Below the pieces are notes generated by a model. The model was not told the origin of the DNA, did not search any database, and saw only the letters and a list, made by a program, of their open reading frames with translations. A stretch of DNA of 62,956 nt, the filler included, from Octopus bimaculoides (lineage: Eukaryota), in assembly GCF_001194135.2 (NCBI RefSeq). It is 5 parts of 4 records of this genome, joined end to end, with 100 filler letters (N's around TTAATTAATTAA, not from the genome) between each part and the next. Parts side by side here need not be neighbours in the genome. Positions count along the whole stretch, not along the records: positions 13,519 to 42,834 come from NC_068982.1; 4 more parts are not named here. One strand, 5' to 3'. A program made the position numbers and the translations under genes. Positions 25,540 to 38,059 of this stretch are shown in pieces (position 1 is the first letter of the stretch; each line of letters begins with the position of its first letter).

Positions 25540-27880
25540 ATCTACACCATTTCTGACAGATAATAGCCGGGTCCTCTCTAAACCGGGTAGTCCTGAGGAT
25601 ATTCGTGGGGCATGTCAACTTTGTTGATTATATAGGCACTCCAGTTTAAGTCTTTGTCGACGCTTATTCCGAGGCCCCTAGTGGTATTTTTGTCACATGG
25701 ATCTCTCTTGAGAGAAGTGTGAATGGCAACTTAAGTGCAGCCTCGTAAGTGATGTGAATTAACTGAATTTATTCTCGTTAAGGGGCATATAGTGTGTTTT
25801 TTCGTCCATTGGATAACAATCGAGCAGATGCCATTGGAAGTTAGTCCAGTTTCCTTAATCTGTCGATGATATTCAGAAGTTAAGAGTCATGAGCAAAAAT
25901 TATAACGTTACGGTGTTTGATGATGTCAATGAGGGTATTATTGTAAAATATTAAAAGGAGCGGGTCCGATACAGTGCCTTGTAAGACTCCATTCATGACT
26001 CCCGCTGAGCTTGATCAAACACCATTGATCACCACATGTTGGGTTTTGTTTAACAGGAAACACTCAATCAGTTCGTACATCAATGTTGGTTGATTTCTTA
26101 GACAGGATGCTAAGATCAACCTTGTGAAAGGCCTTACTGAAGTCAAGATATATGACTTCTGCAATGGAGGAGTTTTAAGATGTCGTCAAAGGAATGCAGG
26201 AGCTGTGTTAGGCAGCCCCTGCCATTCCAAAAATAATACTGGTTGGATATAAGTAGGCAGGTGTTTTCCAGACCTCGAGATCTCACCACTCTCAAATAAT
26301 TTGACGATCAGAGAAGTAAGATTTGTCTGTGATTCAATGCAAACTATTAGTTGCTTCTTTTGTAAACTAGAACAATCGAGTGATTATAGGGTATTATCGG
26401 GGGCATAGCTAGTGTCCAGATAGAAACATCAGAGAATAGCTAAAGGAAATGTAAGTTATTGTCGGCACTACTTCAGGATACTAGCGGTGAACCCAGCTGA
26501 GGGTTTTTTTTTTAATTTTTGTTTACAGCTGCTCTTTCCGGGTTATCAAACGATATGTCACGATAGATGTGCAAATGGTTTATTTCACAGATACTGTCCA
26601 ACTTAACCATATTACGATTGCTGAAAGCGGAGCAGATTTGCTTCTCCAGAATCTCAAACTTTTTTTCTGTACCACTACGTAAAAAGAGTGTTGTCTGCCT
26701 CATTCAGAAGTCCAACGGTTAACAGAGCGACCTTTCACTTTTTGGTAAATGTGAAAAAGTTCTGCATTGATTTTTATTTTCGCAATGAGCTACTTCTCTT
26801 CTGTTGTTCTCTGATTGTCGATGATAATCTTCGTGCAGTTTGAAGATTATATTTCTATGGTTCAAACAAAGCTATATCTGTCAAGTGGGGGTGCTGCAGC
26901 TGGCAATATTGTAGCCAGTTGAGTTTTGGTGAATCCAATTTATTTTCTTATTTTTCTATTTTGTGGTTGTCTGTATTTAGCTTTACTCATGGATCATGTA
27001 GTGTGAACATATTTTTGACACAAATAACTGCCTGGATGATTTCTGCTTTGTTGCTTGAGCTGGGTGACTGGGGAAAACCAATCAAGGAGTGAATGATCTT
27101 GGCTGATTGCATTCCTTTTAGCGTTGTCAAGATCTATGAGGTCAAGAGTGTGTATGGAGTGAGGTCCTTAGACATCACCTTTGGTTGTCAGAATCTCAGG
27201 CTACAGAGAAGCACATCGTAGTTAGGATGAAGAATTTTTTTTTATTGAAATATTGTGGATAGCTTTAATGTGGCTACTTAACACTGACTCCAATGTCTTT
27301 TTGCTGATTCTCAAACGCGTGAGCACGAGTTTAGACGGAAACATTCGGCCATGAATTTGAAAAGTGATTCCACTGATGCTTTCTCTGGAGCTGAAATGCA
27401 CGCACCTCTTTTTCAGGTATGAGTAGATCTGCCAACACAGAGGAGAAAGGAGTCATCCATGACGGAAATATTATCTTATTGGCACTGTTCGCTGAAATCT
27501 TAATATTCATGAGGCATTCTTTGAAACACTGCAGAGTCGCCTGTGGTGGACTGGAGAGCCCAAGTATTGCTAAATCATTGATTTTATTATACATAAATAC
27601 TGAGACATTTGATTTGTGTAATGAGACGTGAAGGAAAATAGCTACTTCTTCCTTTCTTCAGTCGTTGTGGTCCGCGTGAACGGTGATAAATTCCTCAACT
27701 TTTCATCAGCTTCCAAGTGTGAATTGAATTGTCAAAATGCGTTTCAGTATGGATGGAGAAAGGAATGTGAAGAAGAATGTTGGGTTCCCAAATGTCAATG
27801 AATTGAATCTTCCACCAGTTTACATTGCAGTATAGACTGATGCCTGATGCATTAAGTAAAAATGTTGAGACTGGAGTTTT
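25540..27880 (-). mobile_element. Long decayed CR1/L2-group LINE ORF2 (APE + RT)
   Basis: Minus translation: TETHFD (APE) near 27740; GRGCLTQLLHSFDDIL, VIYLDFSKAFHKVD, GVLQGTVSDPLL, IIFAHDS (RT) at 25900-26230; many stops. A possible ORF1 remnant further upstream (~28600-28900) is unconfirmed. Confidence 0.8.
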
Positions 27881-28379
27881 AACGTGATGGCACATTTTAG
27901 GGCTTCGAAAGAGAATTACGGTTCCATGGCAGCAGAGAAGGTAATTTCCGCATTGGGGGTACTCATAGCGGTTGGCATATTTTAGGATTTCGATTTAGAA
28001 ATCCTAAAATGTGTAGGTTTTTTAAAGGGGCGGTAGACTGTATGTTGTTGCAGGTTTAGATTTGTATGACTTAGAGATCATTGGGACACTGGAGGTTGTA
28101 AAGGGAAAGAGAAGGAGTGGCTGATGTTGGACACTGTCAGAGTAAGTAGTAATAGGGCAGTAATAGTGTAGTCGTCGAGGCGTTAGTGCTGGGAGAGAAC
28201 GAAAGGAGAGAATAAGGTTGGTCACTGGCAAAAGTAGTAGTATTTGTGGTAGTTATTTCATTGTGTCTACGCTGGAGCAGTGGTTGTGGGTGAGGGAGAG
28301 GGAAGGAGTGGTTGAGGTTGGTCGCTAAGTGTTGTAATTGCCGTAGGACAAGAAGTAGTAGTCATCATTGACGTCATCG

Positions 28380-28405
28380 TCGTCGTCATATTTAGTTGTA
28401 GTAGC

Positions 28406-28454
<49 letters not shown>

Positions 28455-29015
28455 ATTGATGTTAGCATAGTGATCATGTCGATGATGATGGTGATGCGTT
28501 TATTGTGATATGGTGGTTTAGAGGTTCTTGTTGCTGTGGTCGTCGTTGTGACTGGTGTGGCTATTGTGATAGTTGTAATTAATGTTGCTTTTGATGCTGA
28601 TGTAGTCATTGATGTATTCGTGGTTGTTGCCGCTCTTTGTGGACAGCGGTAGGTAGAAAGATTTGAGTGGGTTTATTCAAGTTGTTAATTATGGTGCAAT
28701 ATGAAGTAGAACTTAGTCTTAATTTGTTTTGAATATCACTCGTAGCGGTTATTAAAAATATGAACAACACTTTTGGCTCTGAGCATGTAACTTGGAAGTT
28801 TTTAGTATGAAAAAGAATGAGCCATGCGTTAATGAGAATGTCAATTTCGTTATTAGACCAGCTGCGATAATTGTAGACGTGTTGAATGGGCATTGTAGCA
28901 TTTGTTTGCATTTCGACTACTTCTGTTATTGTTGTTGTTGTTGTTGTTGTTACAGCTACTGTTGTCGCTGCTGCTGTTGTTGTTGTTGTTGCTGTTGTTG
29001 TTACTGCTGTTGTTG
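28380..29015. repeat. Trinucleotide tracts (TAG)n ~28395-28453 and (TTG/CTG)n ~28925-29015 with degenerate flanks
   Basis: Seen directly; source of poly-T and poly-C ORFs. Confidence 0.9.
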
Positions 29016-29339
29016 ACTACTCCAGATTCTTTATGTAGTGCGGTGGTTTATTTGCTGGGTTCTTAACTACGCCGAATTGAACAAAGATATGTAAGTAGAT
29101 TGTCATAGTTTGTGCAAAAATAGGAAATATAGGTAAACCGGCAAAATATTTGTTTATCGTGTACGTAACAATATTGAAAAGTTTGTACTTAGAATATTAT
29201 GTAAATGTCGGTGTATTTGTAGATACAAATATTGTGTACTTATGAATATTTGTCGATAGAATACTGTGTACTCATGGTACAAAATAGCAAAAGGATTCGG
29301 AAGGGAGACACAATCACGTGGCTGTGTGTTGTCGTTGCT

Positions 29340-29359
29340 GGATCTATCTATCTATCAAT

Positions 29360-29423
<64 letters not shown>

Positions 29424-29490
29424 TTATCAAGCTATCTATCTGTCTGTCTGTCTGTCAGTCAGTCTGTTTGTATGTCAGTCTGTCTGTCTG
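29340..29490. repeat. (ATCT)n grading into (GTCT)n/(GTCA)n
   Basis: Seen directly. Confidence 0.95.
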
Positions 29491-30089
29491 GGATCTAGTT
29501 TTTTTTTTTTCATTCGCAAAATATGCATTTTTTAAAAGGAAGTAAAAAATATGAAAATCGGATAAAATAATATAGTCTTCCAGTCTCATTGCAATGAAGG
29601 TATGATGCGGAGAAAACAAATCGGAGGGAAAAGTTACAGAGGTTTAAAAATTGGAAAAAAACTGTGTATTTTTAGCAAATAGCGGGACAGAAATTTTCTG
29701 CGTTTAGCGGAGCGGTATCAATTTTAAGGTTGTACCCGGTGAAATTTATAACTTAGCGTGCGACATGACCTGTTCATTGTAGGTTTCTAAATAAAAAGAA
29801 ATACCTAATAAAAACAAAATGTATCATCTTACTGTTTCTTTTGTCTCTTCATTGATTATGTGTTTTATTATTTTTTAAATTTGTTATATTAATGTATTTG
29901 TCTGCTTTTAATTACTTTATGAGTATTATGTATACCTGTCATGTATTTGTGTGCATCATTAATATATAAGTGCATGTGGATGTATGTATTCATATATAAG
30001 TTTATATGTACATTTTTGCATTCATGTGAGTGTGTGTGCATGTGTGTGTGCATGTGTGTGTGCATGTCTGTGTGTGTGTGAAGGGGGTC

Positions 30090-31050
30090 TGTCTCCAAAA
30101 CTCCAAAGTTGAGTAACATTCTTGGATTTCTAAGCTATGAGAAAAATAACACTGGTCAACAAGGAATTTGTCCCCAAACCACAGAAAAATATTATATACT
30201 AAAACAGGAAAATTGAAGCAAAACACGCGGGTGAAAAGAATCTCATGGTGTGAAGAATCAAGTGTGAAAAATTCCAAGCCCTGCGCTAGCAGCATCCAAA
30301 ACTGAATGTAGAACTTACAGGCTACACTGGTCCACAGAGGATTACAATCCTAGAGTCTAAATCAGGGATAATACTTCTTTGCATGTGCGCATTATCAGGA
30401 TGGCGACAAAGTCCAGGCGACTGGCTGGCTGGATCCTGAGAATGTTCAGAACCAGAGAGAAGAAAACCATGATGTTCTCCTGGAGGACATATGTCCTCAG
30501 TCGCCTGGATTACTGCTCCCATGAGTGTAAAATTAACAGAGGGCCATGAAGCAATTCAGTGAGGCTTCACAAAGAAGCTCGTCTCATAGCAACAGCTCAG
30601 CTACGGGGAAAGGCTGAAATAGCTCCCTGGAGTGAAGGTGAGAGAGGCATGAAGAAGATCCTGGAAGGAATTGTGTCTAATGTTGGCATTGAAAGCTACA
30701 CAAATGCCAGAATGAGTCGACACTGCACAGTGCCAAAGATCCCCGCAATGCCATCGCACTTCAAGCCCAGTTACTGCAACAGCCTGGGTTTCAAGGGCCC
30801 ACAGCATTTAAATATTCTCCCAAAGAGCCTGGATCTTGAAGTTTTCAAATCAAAGCTGCATCACTTCCTGTCGAGAGTCCCAGATGAACATACCTCGCGG
30901 CAAGAGGTGCAAATGAGGGTAGCGACATCAGACTCCCTTTTTCACCAAATGACACATATTAGAGGAGGCTCTCAATAATAAGGGTGTAGCAAAACGGTGG
31001 TGCCCCAGCATGGCCTCAAGTTCCAGCTGAAACTAAAAAGAAAAGATATA
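30090..31050 (+). mobile_element. 5'-truncated CR1-group LINE 3' end (post-RT ORF2 plus 3' UTR)
   Basis: MATKSRRLAGWILRMFRTREKKTMM..RTYVLSRLDYCS; NSLGFKGPQHLNILPK; FKSKLHHFLSRVPDE; stop at 30978, then a short UTR ending GAAACTAAAAAGAAAAGA. Confidence 0.85.
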
Positions 31051-31054
31051 TATG

Positions 31055-31290
31055 AACATGTGACAGCGTGAGCATCGTTGGAGATTTTCTTTCTCTGTCT
31101 TCCCTTCTTTGGACTTTTCCAATAATTCTCACGAAGAGCTCCGCTCGAAACGTTGAATACTCTTTCTTTCCTTTCCTTTCCTGAGGGTCCAATAAAACTC
31201 TACTTATTCCACATCCTCTCGTTGATGTCTTTTCGTGTTCTTTCGAGTTTTTTCTTGCTTTTTCATGTTTGAATCGAGTATACACACACA
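31055..31290 (+). mobile_element. Putative Penelope-like element terminal fragment with hammerhead-like core at 31128-31154
   Basis: CTCACGA-A-GAGC-TCC-GCTC-GAAA-CGTT; downstream TTTCCTTTCCTGAGGGTCCAATAA shared with 13200-13418. Confidence 0.55.
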
Positions 31291-31418
31291 CGCACATACA
31301 TATATATACGGAAAATAAAACAAAGTAAATAATGCTAAATTAATTTTATCATTATTTTAGCCTTTTTGCGTTGTCTTATTTTTCTTAAACATATCAATCC
31401 GTGTGTCACTTTTCTACC

Positions 31419-31545
<127 letters not shown>

Positions 31546-31659
31546 GCAAGTCTAGCTATTCCATGCGCATAAATTGCCTTATCGCAATGCCACACGGATG
31601 AGAAATAGGAAGCGAAATACTGCGTCAAGTTTAGTCTTGAGATAATTTAGCAACATATC

Positions 31660-31700
<41 letters not shown>

Positions 31701-31733
31701 CTGTCTATCTATCTCTATCTGTCTCTCTCACTG

Positions 31734-31769
<36 letters not shown>

Positions 31770-32495
31770 ATTCAAAGGACTGTGGTAAACATTTATCAGG
31801 CTTTATTTTATCATCCTTCATATGTGTATCCTAATCTTGAACATGTTTGTGATTAGACTAGCTTCCGCTTAATTGCCATATATTCACAGATATGCATATA
31901 TATGCATATATGCTACATATGTATAGAACAAGTGAGAAAGATACATATGTGTTATTCATATGTGTGTGTGTTTTATATGTGCTTTCACGCGCGCGTATAT
32001 CTGTAGCTCACACGAATGTGTGTGTGTGTGGTGTGCGCGTGTGTGTGGTGTGTGCGTGTGTGGTGTGTGCGTGTGGTTTGCGCGTGTGTGTGGTGTGTGC
32101 GTGTATATGGTGTGTGCTAGTGTGTGTCAGCGCCCGTAAATGTGTGCGTGTATAAAGTATACTTCCTAATATGTGTTCGTGTAAATGTTTACTCCGTCAG
32201 TGACCTAAGACAGTAAACCAAAAGTAAGGTAACTGGTGATGGAAGAGATAATTTGGAGCGACTAATTCGATAGATTACAGCCTGTTGATATATCTAGTCA
32301 CTGATTAATTGTTGTTCAAGCGAAGAATCCGTTGGTCAAACTTTTATCTCCAGACCAAATCAGTTCATGGCAAGTTTTGAGTAAATGTTTAATTAAGTCA
32401 TAGAGTTGTTCCTTGCTTATTTGACGTCATTAAAGTTTTGAAGAACTACTAATAGATTTACACGAGTTGAATTACTTCCAAAATGATATACTTAC

Positions 32496-32545
32496 CTAAA
32501 GAAGTGTATACATTCCAAGGAATCTTGGATAAATTGCTTACTAGC
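32496..32545 (-). other. Candidate 50-nt exon
   Basis: Acceptor GTTTTGTCTATAG, consensus donor TAG|GTAAGT; open frames ASKQFIQDSLECIHFF or LVSNLSKIPWNVYTSL. Confidence 0.3.
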
Positions 32546-34165
32546 CTATAGACAAAACATTTCGTTTTTGTCTCACATTATCTCATCATGAAATTCTCGT
32601 GTATGTAATTAATATATTTCCTATGTATTGGCGTGAAGTTTATGTTCATGGATAGGTCACCAGCATGGTTCTCTTATTCGCTGTGACCTTGCACGTAAGT
32701 GTGCATTGCTACGGGTTTGATTCTTTTGTAACCAGGTCAGCCGTCGCATTACCTTCTCTGCATGTTATGCCTTCTAATTGAATATCAGTCCCCTCATGAC
32801 TGAAAACTGTATCCCTACAAATCATTAATATTTGCGTACCATCTTCCAGGGACGTGTCGAACATGTAAAATTAGTATATACATTAATGTTACACCGCTAT
32901 ATTTAGTGGCTATTTAAACGATAAATTTGTGTATGGCTAATGAGTTGGACGGATGTTGATTAAAGAGCAAAACTCCTGAAATATGGCCTATACACCCATT
33001 ACGCATTTTTCGTCCATGGTTCCATTGTTATTTACATGAGACGTACTTGGATACGGAACGTCGTTACAAAATCAGTGCTGGCTATAATTTATAGAGAAGC
33101 TCTGTAGAGATAAACTTAACAAGTGATTTAATAGCCCTGTTAACACAGTAGAACACAAATTGACTTATGAAAGCGTTTTATATAATTGTAGTATATTATA
33201 ATTGCATAACGAAATACGGTGTTGCTACAAGTTATTAATACCATATGTGTTATAGTTTGCATGCGCGCGCGTGCACAAACACGCATACAAACACACACAC
33301 GAACATACACACAAACACACATTCGTTATGATATTAAAATGCATTGTTGAATGCGGTCATTCATTTACATTCACTTTTAACTTCAATTTACGCTGATCCT
33401 ATATTGACCATAGATGGAAATGTATTTTGGCAAAAATTCAATTGTATATATTACTACCTCAGGTTTCTTTACAGCTTTTATTCTGAACTATGTACATCAC
33501 GTTTACCACTGCATTGATATTCACAGCCACATGTTATATGTGTCTTTATAATTAAACTACCTCTTCAACAATGTAAACCCGACTTAGACCTTATTATTTT
33601 ACTATGCGTAACGCAGCACACTTTTTTTTATATTCTCCATTTCATATTCAACTATCATTCCATTGGTCAAGCACTCTATTGCTGTTTTCATTTCAATTAT
33701 TTTTTAAACGGTGATGTTATATCATTAAAATGTTTTATGCTGTCACTCATTTCTTTTTTTTCCAATATCTTTTCACCAAACAAAATACGTATTTTGTATT
33801 GCTTTCGAAAAGACTGATAAAAGTTCCACATCCTGTTTATCAAAAGTTAGTATCTATATTAGCAGGTTTTGTTAACCTCTGTTTTTTGTTTGTGCTTTAG
33901 ATTTCCTAAAATATTTCTGGTGCAAGTACCATATATAATTCAAACATTTGTTTCATGTTAATCATATACTAACAAGAAATTGAGTTTTTCTTATCAAAAA
34001 GCAAATTTAACGTTTTTTTTTTTTTTTTATCAATAATCTTACTTTTTAAGTTTTATCTATGATATTTTTTATCGGAATAGTTTTAAATTCCACCATTTCA
34101 TTCTACTCTCATTGTACGTTACTTGCCTTTATTTTGTTTGTACACACACACACACNNNNNNNNNN

Positions 34166-34221
<56 letters not shown>

Positions 34222-34354
34222 TTCCAAGTCACTTTTCAATTGTAATTGTTCTTTGAAAGACTTATTAGTCTAAGAGTCTAAGAATTCTTTTGTATCATGA
34301 AAAACTGAATAAACATCACATTTAGTTGTTTCTAATATTAGCACAAAAGTTTAA

Positions 34355-34545
34355 AAAATTTGAGGGTAGGGTATCAAGTGGACTGCATCGACCAATACTT
34401 GATTATTTATTTATTATTTGACTCCGAAAGAATGAAAGATGAAGATGGCTATGGCAAAATTTGAACTTAGAACGTAATGATCCAGAAAAAATGGAGTTAT
34501 GTATTTCCCTCGACGCGCTCACTATTCTGCTAATTTGCAACCTTA
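34355..34545 (-). mobile_element. Degenerate SINE family C
   Basis: Plus strand ATCGACC...TTGACTCCGAAAGAATGAAAG...AATTTGAACTTAGAACGTAA is the reverse complement of the family C core and head. Confidence 0.6.
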
Positions 34546-36517
34546 AACATCAGACTTCATAAATAGTAAATACTATTATCGTCATTAGTTTCATTTCATA
34601 TTTATTTTAATATTTATTACAATATAAAATCATATTTTTTAATATTAATTTAAAGGGATATAGCCAGTATATTAGTAATCCTAAAAATTTGATATTCTTA
34701 GAAGTTTGTTTAATTAAAAGTAGAAATGTAAAATGCTGGTAAGGCAAATTAATGCGAGATATTGCTCTGAGTCTTTATATTCTGTATTAAAGTCCCACTA
34801 AGTTTTTTTTGAATAGTATCCTTAACATGCAGCTTGTTTTAACGGCACAGCGGGACGTTAATCAATCCACTCTTCTGCAAGATTTCAGACTAAATTACAG
34901 TATTGAGAAAGCGGTAGTACTTTTCTCGGGGACTTGTGAAAGGTAATATCTGCTTCACATCTCGCCAGACTACATGAGAAAACGTGTTCTGTTAGTTGAT
35001 AAAACAACTGGAGTTCTCATCGTGAATAAGAACGCGGTGCATTTACATTTACATGTATGTGTGAATCTATATACTCACACAACACACACACATTTACAGA
35101 CACAAACACACACACATATGACACTGACACACATACTCACATACTCATATGTATGGAGCACTTATCATTCATCAATATGTTAAGTAGAGGTAATTACAGT
35201 ATATGAAATATTTAGGCCTGTTATTGACTATAAAATATATAATAAAGCCTATTTACATTTGAATTACATAGAACATTAATTATATAGCGCCGATTAGTTT
35301 ATATCTGAAATGTGTAGTTATCTTCTCTTATTTTCCGTTTATTGTCTCAACAAAACTACTTTGCAACACATCTTTTACAAAGATTACGCTCACACGGAAG
35401 CAAAAGCCATTTCTAATTTCTAATGACCTTTAAATTCTCATTTGACTTCTATTTACAAATACCATAAACGGCACACCTTTCGGTAAATTTGTAGACATAT
35501 ATTAATAAAGGTGTGGTCAGTCAAAAGTAAAACGACAGCTTTGTATGGTGGAAAGATCGATAAGAGTCCATTATATGTGTCCTTTGTCAGAGCTGTTTCT
35601 ACTCAGTGATTAGCATTTCAAGACATCCATTTAACTCTTAATATCTTTAAGTGATTAACGCCTTTGAGTCATGTTTTGATTAAGATGCGTAGGGTACATT
35701 ATGTGGGTCAGAAAGTCAATCAAGTTAGTAGACTGAAAATGAGTTAGGTTAATTTCGTAATTACACTGAAATAGCTGTAGTTATAAGCATATTCTATTCC
35801 TTACGGCTGCTGTTTCATTAGATGTAGTCTGTCATTCATCGATTGCAGGCTAATGAAATAAGTTTAGTTGCCTAATTGGAAATTTGATCTTGGAAATAAG
35901 ACGTAGCAAAGAAATAAACCTTAGCATAGTTATTGTTTTTCTGTTTTCGCTTGACTCGAAAATATTCAATGGATAGTTTCCCTATCATATTAAGGATTAT
36001 TTTCTAGTAGTTTACGTTTTGCTTTTTCGATATAGTGAGATAAATCATAGATATACTGATTAAAAAGTCACTGTCAGAGAATATAAGATAGTCAAGTACT
36101 TAGTATTTCTTAGCAATCTTTAGTTTGAAAACTAAAATTTCACCTCGCTGAATGAAGAACACATAATTGTGGTAATTTGAGCTTGTGGTATAATAGAGTT
36201 AATAGTTTTACACAGTGGAGAGTTCAGATTCCAGTGTTGTAGTAGTATATAAAATTTCTTTGCACGAAATGTGAACATATATATTTTTCGTATACCATAT
36301 TTCCTGATATTAACTAGGATACCAAAATTATGCTTACAAAGTTACCCGTCAAATAGCTATATACATATTGTATATATGATGGTATCTGTTAATAGTTTAA
36401 AACTGGTGAATACATGCATAGGTATGCATGTGTGTGCGTATGTTCGCGCGCTTGTGTGTATACATATATACATATATACATATGTATGTATGTATGTATG
36501 TATATATATATATATAC

Positions 36518-36566
<49 letters not shown>

Positions 36567-38059
36567 TGTATGTATATGTATACATATGCAAACGTAAATA
36601 TATACGTGTGTGTGTGTGTTTGTGCGTGTTTGCCTTATGTGTGTGTATTATATATATTTATAGTGCCCTTACATGACCAACTTCCGATGGCAAACAAGTA
36701 AAAGATAAAAATTCATAAATATAATCGTGTATGCGTGTGTACACATACAGACATTTGTACACGTGTATATATGTAACATGGTATCTTCCATAACTCTGTG
36801 CATGCTGTTATGTCTATTGCTAACTTTAAACCAGTAAAAAAAGAAATATGATATGGACATTTCTTCTTTAAAAATCCGATTCGTTTTTAAATAGCCATTA
36901 AATTACAAATTATCTTCCTTTTCTTTCCTTTAAACGAGTGACTTATATAATCATTCCCTTCTAACACCTTTTCCATTTAGCCATATATTTTTTTTTATAC
37001 ATTTTTCACTCTCACCCTTCTCTCTACCTAATTCCCCGTGTCTTCCTTCACTGAATTTATGTCTTTCTTATTGTACTTATAAAAAGTATTAAAGTAGAAT
37101 TCACAAATATGCTTATCGTCTACCTCATCCATTTTCCCATGTCTCTATAAAAGCGGAAACTCACTATTTTAGCCATTAAAGTCTTTATATACATTTATTA
37201 TTTGACAGTTGAAAAATATTTCATATATCTGTACAACGGAACCAGAAAATTATTCATTGACGTTTTATTGTGGAAAGTAATAAACCAGAAAAATTATAAT
37301 TATTTTGCAGAACTTTCGATCATCACTAGGAAGAAGTTTATCTATTTGAGCGACTTCATTATTACCTAGCAATAAATTCTTAGAATTAGTACTGTTGATA
37401 ATTTCTCATTTTGTTGATTATTTTTACATCTAATATTGATTTCTGACATAAGCACAAGGCTAGACATTGGCAAGGGAGGGTAAGTGCGAGCTAATCGCTT
37501 TTAGAACTTGACTGATTCTTTATAAACCAACAAAAATATTTGTCATCGACCGACTAGCTTGAAATAGCAACCAATCTGCATTGTGGCACAATTCTCTATA
37601 TCCTACTACTATATAATATAATCCGAGGAATACTATCCACAAAATAGATAGGAAAATCATGAGAAATAGAAGGAAAATAGAAAATCATCATGGCTTCAAT
37701 AACTTCGAGTTTAGGTCTTGCTCAATCAGAAGTAACTTGCAGTTAAAACCAATAACAGAAAGCGTCATTTTAGTTTGCCCCCCCCCCCCACCGCCAATCG
37801 CAATGAATAGGTTCTACAAGTTACCAAGATGGAATGACTCAGAAGAAATGGATTCGGCAATAAAACAAAATAAAGAAGGATAAAATCTAAGGGACAGTGT
37901 TGTATTTATCTGTCATTGTAACGCCTTATTTTTTATTTTATTATTTAAGATTTGGAATTGATTGATAAGGAAACTAATTGCGTGCCGGGCAAAAGGATTT
38001 TGTAGCAAAGTACTTTGTAATCAACTCTGCGATTCTCTAGGTACTGTTTAGTTCTGAAG

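Noticed and set aside
28325-29016. Mucin-like poly-Thr ORF and poly-Cys ORF
   Set aside because: Explained by (TAG)n and (TTG/CTG)n tracts; no splice or homology support
32486-32497. ATACTTACCT, resembling the U1 snRNA 5' end
   Set aside because: Nothing downstream matches U1; it is simply the reverse complement of a splice donor
37659-37883. 74-aa ORF with a poly-Pro stretch
   Set aside because: Pro run comes from a C homopolymer; no homology or splice support
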